DNA of 36,871 nt. Source: a virus (Duplodnaviria; Caudoviricetes). The DNA lies in the IMG/VR virus record IMGVR_UViG_3300044528_000038, positions 1 to 36,871 of that record. One strand, given 5' to 3'. The position numbers and the translations under genes were made by a program. Position 1 is the stretch's first letter; each line of letters opens with the position of its first letter. Shown here in pieces: positions 17,962 to 25,307 of this stretch. The notes below the pieces were generated by a model, which was not told where the DNA came from, did no database searches, and saw only the letters and a list, made by a program, of their open reading frames with translations.

Positions 17962-18905
17962 GCGGGATCGTGAACGGGCACCGGCTCCCGGACGTGATCT
18001 GGGACGGCCTCGCGCTCAACGACGACCGCGGGGACGGCACGTCGCTGATCGTGGAGGACTTCGAGGGCTGGTACGGGACGCCGGAGACGAACCCGAACGA
18101 CGCCGACCGCACCCTGGTCGACGGCGCGGTGCTCGGCCCGAAGGTCACGAAGGCCCGCGACATGACGCTGCACGGCGTGCTCGTGGCCGGGACCCGGGAG
18201 ACGCTCATCGACGTGCACGACCAGCTCGCGATGCGGGCGACCGCGAAGGCCCCGGCGGTCATCTCCGTCTCCGACCCCATCCTCGGGATCCGGATGCTGG
18301 CCGAGGTCCGGGCGGTCGGCCAGTTCACGCAAACCTGGCTGAGCTCACCGCTCGCGTTCCGCTACACGATCCCGCTGCGCGCGGTCGACCCGCGCAAGTA
18401 CGGCGAGAACCTCAATACCGTCGTGCTCCGGCCCGCCTACGTCGGCGCGTCCGGCCGGACCTACCCGCGCGCCTATACGGAGGGCGCGACCGCGCTCGTG
18501 GTCCGCGCCCGCCGGCAGAGCGACGGCCGGATCGTCCGGGCCTCCGCGGTCCCGGACGGCCGCTGGAGCTACGGGGCCTATCAGGTCCCGAACCGGGCGA
18601 CCCTCACGAACCGCGGTAGCGCCGACGCGCCGGTCATCGCCACGTGGCGGGGTCCGCTCGGGCAGTCCCGGCTCTCGGACGGGACGGCATACATCGTCAT
18701 GGCGGCGATACCGGATGGCGTGACCATCTATGTCGACACGGAGACGCTCGCCACGACCGCGCCCGGCGGGTACTCCCGCGCCTCGTTCCTTCTCGCCGGA
18801 TCCTCGGCCATGCTCGTCCCTGCTCGCTCCTCCCGGCCGTGGAGTCTCTACGTCCCGTCCGGCACCGGCAGCGTCACACTGGAATGGAGGGACGCGTGGG
18901 CGTAG
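17958..18905 (+). CDS. Distal tail protein (Dit-like)
   Basis: FEGWYGTP...DGA...RDMTLHG...LRAVDPRKYG...NRGSADAP...WRDAW. Position after tape measure. Confidence 0.8.
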   Translation: MSGIVNGHRLPDVIWDGLALNDDRGDGTSLIVEDFEGWYGTPETNPNDADRTLVDGAVLGPKVTKARDMTLHGVLVAGTRETLIDVHDQLAMRATAKAPAVISVSDPILGIRMLAEVRAVGQFTQTWLSSPLAFRYTIPLRAVDPRKYGENLNTVVLRPAYVGASGRTYPRAYTEGATALVVRARRQSDGRIVRASAVPDGRWSYGAYQVPNRATLTNRGSADAPVIATWRGPLGQSRLSDGTAYIVMAAIPDGVTIYVDTETLATTAPGGYSRASFLLAGSSAMLVPARSSRPWSLYVPSGTGSVTLEWRDAWA

Positions 18906-20086
18906 CCCTCCCCGCCGCGCACCCGGAGGCGAACCCGCCGGTTCTCCCCGGGCGCTGGACCGTCTGGGCCGACCGCTACGACGGGACCCCGCTCGGCCCG
19001 ATCCAGACGACCCGGCTCCATTGGAGCGCCACCCTCTCCGGCTACGGGTCCGGGGAGATGGAGCTGGTCGTGAGCGAGAGCCCGCTCGACTTCACGGACC
19101 TCATGCGCCTGTGGTCGTGGCGGGCCTGGGTCCTCTACAACGACCGACCCCTGTGGTGCGGGATGCCGTCCGCGATCATCTCCGCCTCGCTGAACACGGT
19201 CACGGTGCAGCTCACCGAGCTATCCGGCTACCTCACGAAGCGGGCGCTCGACGTTGCCGGCGGGGTCCGCTACGACCAGATCGAGCAGACACAGATCGCC
19301 CGGGAGTTGGCGCAGCCGGTGGAGGACATCGGTATGACGATCGTGACGGAGCCGGGCTCCGGGTTCCTCCGCGACCGTTCGTACGCGTTCCTCGAAGGCC
19401 CCTATCGCGCCGACCTGCTGACCAACCTCTCGCAGGTCATCCAGGGGCCCGAGTTCCGGGCCGAGTACGGGCTCGACACCATCAGCGCCCGGCCGTTCGC
19501 CACGCTGCGGATCGCCTACCCGCGCGTCGGGACGCCGGGCGCGCAGGTGGGCTTCATCGTCCCCGGCGACGCCATCGACCCGACCGTGACCTACGACGGC
19601 CAGCTCGTGCGCACCAAGACGTTCGCGGTCGGGGACCTCCCGGAGGACGGCGACGCCGACAGCGACCGGCCGGTACAGATCGTGGACCGGCCGCAGCCGC
19701 TTATCCCCCGCCTCGACCACATCGACGACTGGCCCGGCGTCGTGATCCTCCAGACCCTGGCGGACCGCGCCGCGACCTATTCGACCCTCTACGACACGCC
19801 CTCGCTCGCGATCCAGGGCTCCACGTTCGAGACCGACCCGGAGCTAGGCACCTACGGGCTCGGGGACGACGTGATCGTGTTCGTCCGCGACGCGCTCCAC
19901 CCGGACGGGATGGCGGTCGACGGGAGGCTCGCCGGCCTCGACGTGGACTGTGACACCGGCAAGGTGGGCTGGACCGTGACCGTGACGAGCCCGCCGAGCC
20001 TCGGCCGTCCCACGCTCTCCGCCCGGATCGCCCGGGTCAGCCAGGAGCAGACCGCCATGTTCCGCCGCAACGCGGTACCGATCTGA
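18896..20086 (+). CDS. Baseplate hub/minor tail protein (Gp37-like)
   Basis: GTG18896 with SD GGAGG. WSATLSG.GSG, PLWCG, LS...QGPEF and YGLGDDV motifs. Confidence 0.8.
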   Translation: MGVALPAAHPEANPPVLPGRWTVWADRYDGTPLGPIQTTRLHWSATLSGYGSGEMELVVSESPLDFTDLMRLWSWRAWVLYNDRPLWCGMPSAIISASLNTVTVQLTELSGYLTKRALDVAGGVRYDQIEQTQIARELAQPVEDIGMTIVTEPGSGFLRDRSYAFLEGPYRADLLTNLSQVIQGPEFRAEYGLDTISARPFATLRIAYPRVGTPGAQVGFIVPGDAIDPTVTYDGQLVRTKTFAVGDLPEDGDADSDRPVQIVDRPQPLIPRLDHIDDWPGVVILQTLADRAATYSTLYDTPSLAIQGSTFETDPELGTYGLGDDVIVFVRDALHPDGMAVDGRLAGLDVDCDTGKVGWTVTVTSPPSLGRPTLSARIARVSQEQTAMFRRNAVPI

Positions 20087-20096
20087 GGAGACACGA

Positions 20097-20876
20097 ATGA
20101 CCGTCACCGGACTGCTCATGTGGGGACAGGCGGGGAGCTACGACGCCATCTCCGACCGGGAGGTCATCACCGCGCTGGCCGACGCCAAGGTCGGGGTGCA
20201 GCGCCGTCCCACGTTCTCCGCCGGGTCCGGGATGGCCGTGAACGTCTCCCCGTTCCGCGCCGTCATCTCCACCGGGGACGGCACGTCCTGCGTCGTCGCG
20301 ACGCACGATCCCGTCACGGTCACGCCCGCCGCCGGTCCCGCGTCGGGCTCGAGAACCGACGTGGTGTGGATCGACGTGGATCCGGACGGCGCGCAATGGT
20401 CCCTCGTCCTCGTGGCGGAGTCCGCCACGGTCGGCCGCCTCGGCGTCCGGCTCGGCACGATCACGGTGCCGGCCAACGCCAACCTCGCCTCCCAATGCAC
20501 GTTCGCCCTCGTCCCGGTCGGCTTCCAGAGCATTACGAACCGCGGCGTCGTGGGCGGCGGCGGGCAGTTCCTCGGGCCCTACGACAACACCCGGTCGTGC
20601 CAGCTCATCGTGGGGACCTACGCCCCGACGACGGACGGCAACGGCGAATTCTCGATGGGCACCGCCGACTTCAACCCGTCCTGCGTCCTCGGCGCGATCG
20701 TGTCCCCGGTCCGCGGGCAGGCCGGGCACCCCTGGTTCATGGGCCGTCTCTGCTTCGACACGTCGAACCTCACGACCCTCCGGTTCCAGCTCGTGAACGC
20801 GCTGACCGGCGCGCTCGTGACCAACGCCATGACCGTGGTCTCGATCGCGGTGTTCTACCAAGCCCGGATCACCTGA
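20097..20876 (+). CDS. Minor tail protein
   Basis: SD GAGGAG. GMAVNV...SRTDVVW...LGTITVPANA pattern common in actinophage tail proteins. Confidence 0.75.
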   Translation: MTVTGLLMWGQAGSYDAISDREVITALADAKVGVQRRPTFSAGSGMAVNVSPFRAVISTGDGTSCVVATHDPVTVTPAAGPASGSRTDVVWIDVDPDGAQWSLVLVAESATVGRLGVRLGTITVPANANLASQCTFALVPVGFQSITNRGVVGGGGQFLGPYDNTRSCQLIVGTYAPTTDGNGEFSMGTADFNPSCVLGAIVSPVRGQAGHPWFMGRLCFDTSNLTTLRFQLVNALTGALVTNAMTVVSIAVFYQARIT

Positions 20877-20940
20877 CGTTTACGACGCATCGTCGTACGC
20901 TTTTGCGTCGTTCGATTCCCCCGCATCGAAGGAGCCCGAT

Positions 20941-21057
20941 ATGACCCCGACCGAACCCGAAGAGCCGGAGGAGGAGCAAGGCGAGTCCGCCGAGCCCACG
21001 ACCGAGCCGGGTCACGACCACGACGACGAGGACGAGGAGGACGCCGAGGAGGAGTAG
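20941..21057 (+). CDS. Very acidic 38-aa peptide
   Basis: SD GAAGGAG. MTPTEPEEPEEEQGESAEPTTEPGHDHDDEDEEDAEEE. Not in the ORF track (too short). Confidence 0.6.
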   Translation: MTPTEPEEPEEEQGESAEPTTEPGHDHDDEDEEDAEEE

Positions 21058-21060
21058 CCG

Positions 21061-21786
21061 ATGGCAGTCTCGCTCGTCACGATTCACCACGAGGGCGCGG
21101 GCGCGCCCACGAATACGCCCCGGGGCGCGCGGGGCGGCTACACCTACTGGATCGGCGCGACGAACTGGACGCGCCTGCGCTCGGTCTGGACCTCCAGCGC
21201 GACCCGCAACTTCAACGGTCGCTCGCTCGACATCTGTTTCTCCGGGAACCGGATGGTGCACCCGGTCACCCACAACGACCTCAACGCGCTCCGCCAGGTC
21301 GTCGGTGACGCCCGCGCCCGCCGGGAGGTCACCACCAATCCGCTCGTCCGTGAGCACCGGCTCTCGCCCGGGAGCTCAACCGCCTGCCCGGGCGACCAGA
21401 CCCGCCGAGTCTGGGGACAGATCGTCGCTGCCTGTACCGGCGCACTCCCGGCCCCGACTCCGCCTCCTCCCCCACCACCGCCGGAGGTTCTCTTGACGAC
21501 AGTCGCCAGTCCCCGTATCACCAACGGCCGAAGAGGCACCGCCCGCCCGGTGCCGGCGCTCGGCGCGGTCCTCCTGGAGAACGGCGCGTCGCTGCGCGGC
21601 GATCAGGTCTCCGGCCGCAACCGGGTCTTCGTGAACCCCGACCCGCTCGTCCGCCAGCGCAACGCCCGTCTCATCGACATCGCCCCGACCGTGGACGGCC
21701 AAGGCCGCCCGGACGGCCGCGGGATCGAGGAGCTACGCGACCTCGGCAACAACGAGGTCGGCACCTACATGATCCCGTGGTCATGA
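21061..21786 (+). CDS. Endolysin, N-acetylmuramoyl-L-alanine amidase (Amidase_2/PGRP-like)
   Basis: Zn-ligand pattern TIHHEG...ICFSGN...EHR...STACPG, then a poly-Pro linker and an unrecognised C-terminal domain. Confidence 0.85.
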   Translation: MAVSLVTIHHEGAGAPTNTPRGARGGYTYWIGATNWTRLRSVWTSSATRNFNGRSLDICFSGNRMVHPVTHNDLNALRQVVGDARARREVTTNPLVREHRLSPGSSTACPGDQTRRVWGQIVAACTGALPAPTPPPPPPPPEVLLTTVASPRITNGRRGTARPVPALGAVLLENGASLRGDQVSGRNRVFVNPDPLVRQRNARLIDIAPTVDGQGRPDGRGIEELRDLGNNEVGTYMIPWS

Positions 21787-21890
21787 CGCACGCACAGGCG
21801 TTGGTGCTCGATATCGAGGGGCTCGTCATCGCGACCTACGCCGCGTGGCGTCTCCTCGTGGAACTGCTGCAACGAATCCGAAGCAAGTAA
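21783..21890 (+). CDS. 35-aa hydrophobic peptide, holin candidate
   Basis: ATGA-coupled to the endolysin. MTHAQALVLDIEGLVIATYAAWRLLVELLQRIRSK has one hydrophobic helix and a basic C-terminus. Confidence 0.5.
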   Translation: MTHAQALVLDIEGLVIATYAAWRLLVELLQRIRSK

Positions 21891-21894
21891 AGGC

Positions 21895-21925
21895 CCGGGC
21901 CGCGCCCTCGAACGACGCGGCCCGG
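21895..21925 (+). terminator. GC-rich hairpin after the lysis genes
   Basis: CCGGGCCGCG...CGCGGCCCGG 10-bp stem with no U-tract. Confidence 0.4.
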
Positions 21926-21968
21926 AACGAACACGGAGGGCGGGTGCGGACGATTTCAGGAGGCCGCA

Positions 21969-22544
21969 ATGCCCAAGATGCTCGCGACGGTGATTGTCGC
22001 GCTCGCCCTCGCCGTCGCAAGTCAGGCTCCGGCGTCCGGGGCCGCCCCGCCCCGGGCGTCCGGGGTCCTCAACCCCGACGCCGTCGCCGGAGCGGTCCTT
22101 CACCGGATCGGGGCCTGGCTCGTCGCCGTCGAGGAGTACCGGCGTCGTGAGTGGACCGCTGCCTATCGAGCGGATGTCGCCGCGGCGAACGCAGCCGCGA
22201 CGGCGGCGCAAGCGGCGCAAGCCCGAGCCCGCCCGGCGCAAACGACGGCGGCACGCACGACCCCGGGAACCGCGCACGGCGGCGGCTGTCCCTCCGTCCC
22301 GAGCTACATCAGCTACCGGGAGTCCCGCTGCACGTACACGGTCGAGAACCCGTCCGGAGCGGGCGGGGCCTATCAGCTCATGCCGTACACGGCGGACACG
22401 CTCGCCCCGCGGATCGGCCGCCCGGACCTCGTCGGCGTGAACCCGTCACGATGGCCGGCTGCGGCGCAGGACGCGGCGGCGGCCCTCCTCTGGGATCACG
22501 GCCGGGGCGCGTGCAACTGGAGTCCGCCCGCGTATTGCGGCTAG
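21969..22544 (+). CDS. Secreted resuscitation-promoting-factor (Rpf)-like transglycosylase
   Basis: Signal peptide MPKMLATVIVALALAVASQAPA, Ala-rich linker, ISYRES...NPSGAGGAYQL...QDAAAALLW...G..NW lysozyme-like core. SD AGGAGG. Confidence 0.82.
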   Translation: MPKMLATVIVALALAVASQAPASGAAPPRASGVLNPDAVAGAVLHRIGAWLVAVEEYRRREWTAAYRADVAAANAAATAAQAAQARARPAQTTAARTTPGTAHGGGCPSVPSYISYRESRCTYTVENPSGAGGAYQLMPYTADTLAPRIGRPDLVGVNPSRWPAAAQDAAAALLWDHGRGACNWSPPAYCG

Positions 22545-22867
22545 TGACGTCTCCGCCGCCGACCGGCCGATCGTCCGCGCGTCGACCGCCGGTTAGACCG
22601 GCCGGTCGTGGGCAGCACGGACTTGACGGTACCGGCCCCGCGTTTGCGCACGTACCGCTTCGTCATCGCGGGCGTGACCTTCTTGACGCCCGACGCCTGG
22701 CGCTGCGCGGACCGGGCGCGCGCGTTCCGCAGGGTCCGGACGCGCTGCGCTTCGCTGATGCCGGCGGACCGGGCCTGCGCTTTCGTGGGGACCGGGAACC
22801 GGCGATTCCGCCGGTCGATGAACGCGCTATCCGGGAGGGCGTTTCGCTGCTTCGTCGTGAGTGCCAT
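22541..22867 (-). CDS. Highly basic protein, DUF6582-like N-terminus
   Basis: SD GGGAGG. MALTTKQRNALPDSAF...RRFPV...RNARAR, Arg/Ser-rich tail. Confidence 0.7.
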   Translation of the reverse strand: MALTTKQRNALPDSAFIDRRNRRFPVPTKAQARSAGISEAQRVRTLRNARARSAQRQASGVKKVTPAMTKRYVRKRGAGTVKSVLPTTGRSNRRSTRGRSAGRRRRRH

Positions 22868-22888
22868 GACCGAGCCTCCCTGGTCGTA

Positions 22889-23149
22889 TCACCACCCGTT
22901 GTAGTCCTCGTCCTCCTGGAGCAACGCGAAGTGCTCCTCCGCCGCCTCCGTCGCCTCCTCGAACGTCGGGTGCGCCTCGGCGTCCCCGGTCCCGAAGTGC
23001 GTAAAGGCGTCGAGGATGACCGCGTGGTAGGTCGGCCAGTCGATGACCTCGAACGTGCTCCCGCCCCGCCACGTAATCGCGCGGTGGTCGACCTCGGGGT
23101 GCGTGAACACGACGACCCGGGCGACGTGACCCCGCCCGTAGTGGCTCAC
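22889..23149 (-). CDS. Hypothetical protein (86 aa)
   Basis: GTG23149 overlaps the upstream stop (GTGA). Protein-like composition. Confidence 0.7.
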   Translation of the reverse strand: MSHYGRGHVARVVVFTHPEVDHRAITWRGGSTFEVIDWPTYHAVILDAFTHFGTGDAEAHPTFEEATEAAEEHFALLQEDEDYNGW

Positions 23150-23430
23150 GCCGCGCGCCGGACCCGGCGGCGCTGCTTCAACATCGCGAGACGCAGCTCG
23201 GCCTTCGACAGCTTCGCCCCGACCCACGCGTAATCGTCCGGGTAGTCGTACTTGCGGGCGACCAGCTCCCCGGCCACGTCGATGTGGTCGTGGCGGAGTG
23301 TGACGCAGCGGGCGCACCGGAGCACGAAGCCCCGGCGGACGGAGGACGGCACCGAGGGCGGCGCGTCCTCCCACGCATGGCCGAACGTCTTGCACTCGGT
23401 ATAGGTCAGTTCGTTCTTCGGGACGGGCAC
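23146..23430 (-). CDS. Hypothetical Cys/His (Zn-binding) protein (94 aa)
   Basis: GAAAGGAACGAAC before GTG23430. ECKTFGHAW...LRCARC..R...KYDYPDDY. Confidence 0.75.
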   Translation of the reverse strand: MPVPKNELTYTECKTFGHAWEDAPPSVPSSVRRGFVLRCARCVTLRHDHIDVAGELVARKYDYPDDYAWVGAKLSKAELRLAMLKQRRRVRRAA

Positions 23431-23441
23431 GTTCGTTCCTT

Positions 23442-24098
23442 TCAGTTCGGGTCCGGCCGCGGCAGCGGCACGTCTTCGGCGAAGATCGCGACGGAGAGCC
23501 CGGGCCGCGCGATCGCGACCGCGGAGCCGAAGCCCTCCCACTCCTCCCGGGCCTCGCCCCGGCGCGGGAAACCCCAGGAGTCCGGGTCGAAGGCGGCCGC
23601 CCCGCCGAGCATGGAGGCGACGGTCGGATCGTCGAACGTGATGGCCTCCGCCGCCTCGTGGTCCTTCGCTTCGACCGGGACGACGTAGGGCTGCATGATC
23701 ACCCAGTGGCTCCGGTTGTCGATGACCTGGAGGATCAGAGCCTCGGTGATCCCGTCCCGCTCCCCGGCCGCCCACCGCCGCGCCAGCTCGCCTTGCGCCG
23801 CGACCTGGCGGCTGAGTCGCTCCTGCCCGACGAGCGCGTAGGTGTCGGTGGCCAGCAGCGCGCGCTTGCAGATCCCGCTCGACGCGGCCGCCGCCACGAT
23901 CGCCCGGAACGAGCCCTGCCACGAGTCGTCGCTCATCACCGTCACGATCATCCGGGTCACGTCGTCGTAGTCGAGGAGCACGAGCATGGGGTTCATCGGG
24001 TTCCCCTGGAGCCGGCAGCTCGTGAGCACGAGCCGAGCCCGGAGGACGTGCTCGTGCAGCACCTCGTCCAGCTCGGCGTACTCCGGCTCCTTCCCCAT
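23442..24098 (-). CDS. Hypothetical protein
   Basis: Long ORF with SD GGGAGG before ATG24098. First gene of the leftward operon. Confidence 0.7.
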   Translation of the reverse strand: MGKEPEYAELDEVLHEHVLRARLVLTSCRLQGNPMNPMLVLLDYDDVTRMIVTVMSDDSWQGSFRAIVAAAASSGICKRALLATDTYALVGQERLSRQVAAQGELARRWAAGERDGITEALILQVIDNRSHWVIMQPYVVPVEAKDHEAAEAITFDDPTVASMLGGAAAFDPDSWGFPRRGEAREEWEGFGSAVAIARPGLSVAIFAEDVPLPRPDPN

Positions 24099-24223
24099 CG
24101 GCACCTCCCGTCGTAGGTACCGGAGCGGAGGGTTCCGTCGAGGCTCGTGGTCACGACCCCGGCCCTCCGCCCCGGTACGACCTAGATCCTATGGTCTAGC
24201 GTCATAGGACGACGAAGGCTAGG

Positions 24224-24275
24224 CCGGAGGGTTTAGGTAGCGACCGCCGGAGCGGAGGTAACCTAACCCCCCCGG
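24224..24275. other. Candidate attP site for the serine integrase
   Basis: 52-bp imperfect palindrome; 18 of 24 arm positions pair around a central CGGA (GG at 24249-24250). Intergenic, upstream of the integrase operon. Confidence 0.55.
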
Positions 24276-24279
24276 GGTT

Positions 24280-24288
24280 TGGTAGACT
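24280..24288 (+). promoter_or_regulatory. Extended -10 promoter (TG-N-TAGACT) for the small-gene/integrase operon
   Basis: TGGTAGACT matches TGnTAnnnT and lies ~50 nt upstream of ATG24337. Confidence 0.55.
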
Positions 24289-24336
24289 CCCCGGTGGAGG
24301 GATACGACCCTCCGTCCTACGACGAAAGGAACGACC

Positions 24337-24516
24337 ATGACCGAGAAGCACGGGACGCCCGAGGAGCACTACGGCTGGCTGACCTGCGGCCGGATCACGA
24401 CCGACAAGCCTGCCGGCAAGACCGCGTGGGACCGCAAGGAGCACGAGCCGTGCCAGCGCGGGACGGTCGGCTGCTCCGTCGACCACGAGGGCGACGAGCC
24501 CTGCGAGACCTGGTAA
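24337..24516 (+). CDS. Small Cys/His-rich protein (59 aa)
   Basis: GAAAGGAACGAC upstream. ...PCQRGTVGCSVDHEGDEPCETW. Not in the ORF track. Confidence 0.75.
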   Translation: MTEKHGTPEEHYGWLTCGRITTDKPAGKTAWDRKEHEPCQRGTVGCSVDHEGDEPCETW

Positions 24517-24549
24517 CGGCCGGGCCTCCGGAACGAAAGGAACGGCGAA

Positions 24550-24744
24550 ATGACGAAGCCTCCCACCGTCACGATCTCACTGACTCCTACGGAGGCGGCC
24601 GCGCTCCTCGAAGCGCTCGCCATCACGCGCGCCATCACGCGTCACGCGCAGTGGGACGTAGATAAGCCCCGCGTCAAGCTGCTCGCCTGGGACCGGATCG
24701 CACACAAGCTGGTATCAGCCCGGAAAGGAACGACAGATGCCTGA
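24550..24744 (+). CDS. Hypothetical protein (64 aa)
   Basis: GAAAGGAACGGC upstream. VTISLTPTEAAALL helix. Confidence 0.7.
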   Translation: MTKPPTVTISLTPTEAAALLEALAITRAITRHAQWDVDKPRVKLLAWDRIAHKLVSARKGTTDA

Positions 24745-24937
24745 GGACCTCATCGGCCGCCGCGTGCGGCTGGTCCGCTGTAATGACCCGTACACCGCCC
24801 TCGCTCCCGGAAGCGAGGGCACCGTCACGTTCGTGGACTCTCTCGGGACCGTGCACGTCAACTGGGACGACGGAGCCCGCCTCGGCCTAGTCGAGGAGGA
24901 CGGCGACCGCTTCGAGCTCATCGGGGACGCGTCGTGA
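24737..24937 (+). CDS. DUF4314-family protein
   Basis: GRRVRLVRCNDPY..L.PGSEGTVTFVDSLGTVHVNWDDGARLGL...D.F matches the family pattern. Confidence 0.85.
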   Translation: MPEDLIGRRVRLVRCNDPYTALAPGSEGTVTFVDSLGTVHVNWDDGARLGLVEEDGDRFELIGDAS

Positions 24938-25098
24938 CGCTGGACGACCTCCTCTACCGCAACCTGACCGACGCCCGGCTCCTCGACACGCTGACCACGA
25001 TGGTCGTCGCGCCGGGCGCGTTCTCCGAGTCCGCCCGCCGCGTCGTGATCGACGAGGTACGGCGGCGAGGGCTCACGACTGAAAGGAACGACAGATGA
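24934..25098 (+). CDS. Hypothetical protein (54 aa)
   Basis: Coupled at both ends (GTGA, ATGA). MTLDDLLYRNLTDARLLDTL... Confidence 0.65.
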   Translation: MTLDDLLYRNLTDARLLDTLTTMVVAPGAFSESARRVVIDEVRRRGLTTERNDR

Positions 25099-25307
25099 CA
25101 AGCGGATGGACTCACGCGGACGCCTACTTCGCGTTGAAGCAACTCGCCGCCGATGTGGCGACGCTTCGCGCCCGGGCCGACAACCTCTGGAACGCGTTCC
25201 CGGTCGCCGGGTTCGAGCCCGTGCTCGCGCTCCGGAACGACCTGGAGCGCCACTCCGCCGACATCGCGGACGCCCTCACGCAGATGCGCTCACTGGAGGA
25301 GCGATGA
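25095..25307 (+). CDS. Hypothetical helical protein (70 aa)
   Basis: GAAAGGAACGACAG upstream. Stop overlaps the integrase ATG. Confidence 0.7.
   Translation: MTSGWTHADAYFALKQLAADVATLRARADNLWNAFPVAGFEPVLALRNDLERHSADIADALTQMRSLEER

Noticed and set aside
20910-20920. GTTCGATTCCC resembles a tRNA T-loop or tRNA-type att core
   Set aside because: No flanking T-stem, acceptor or anticodon arms, and the integrase is serine-type.
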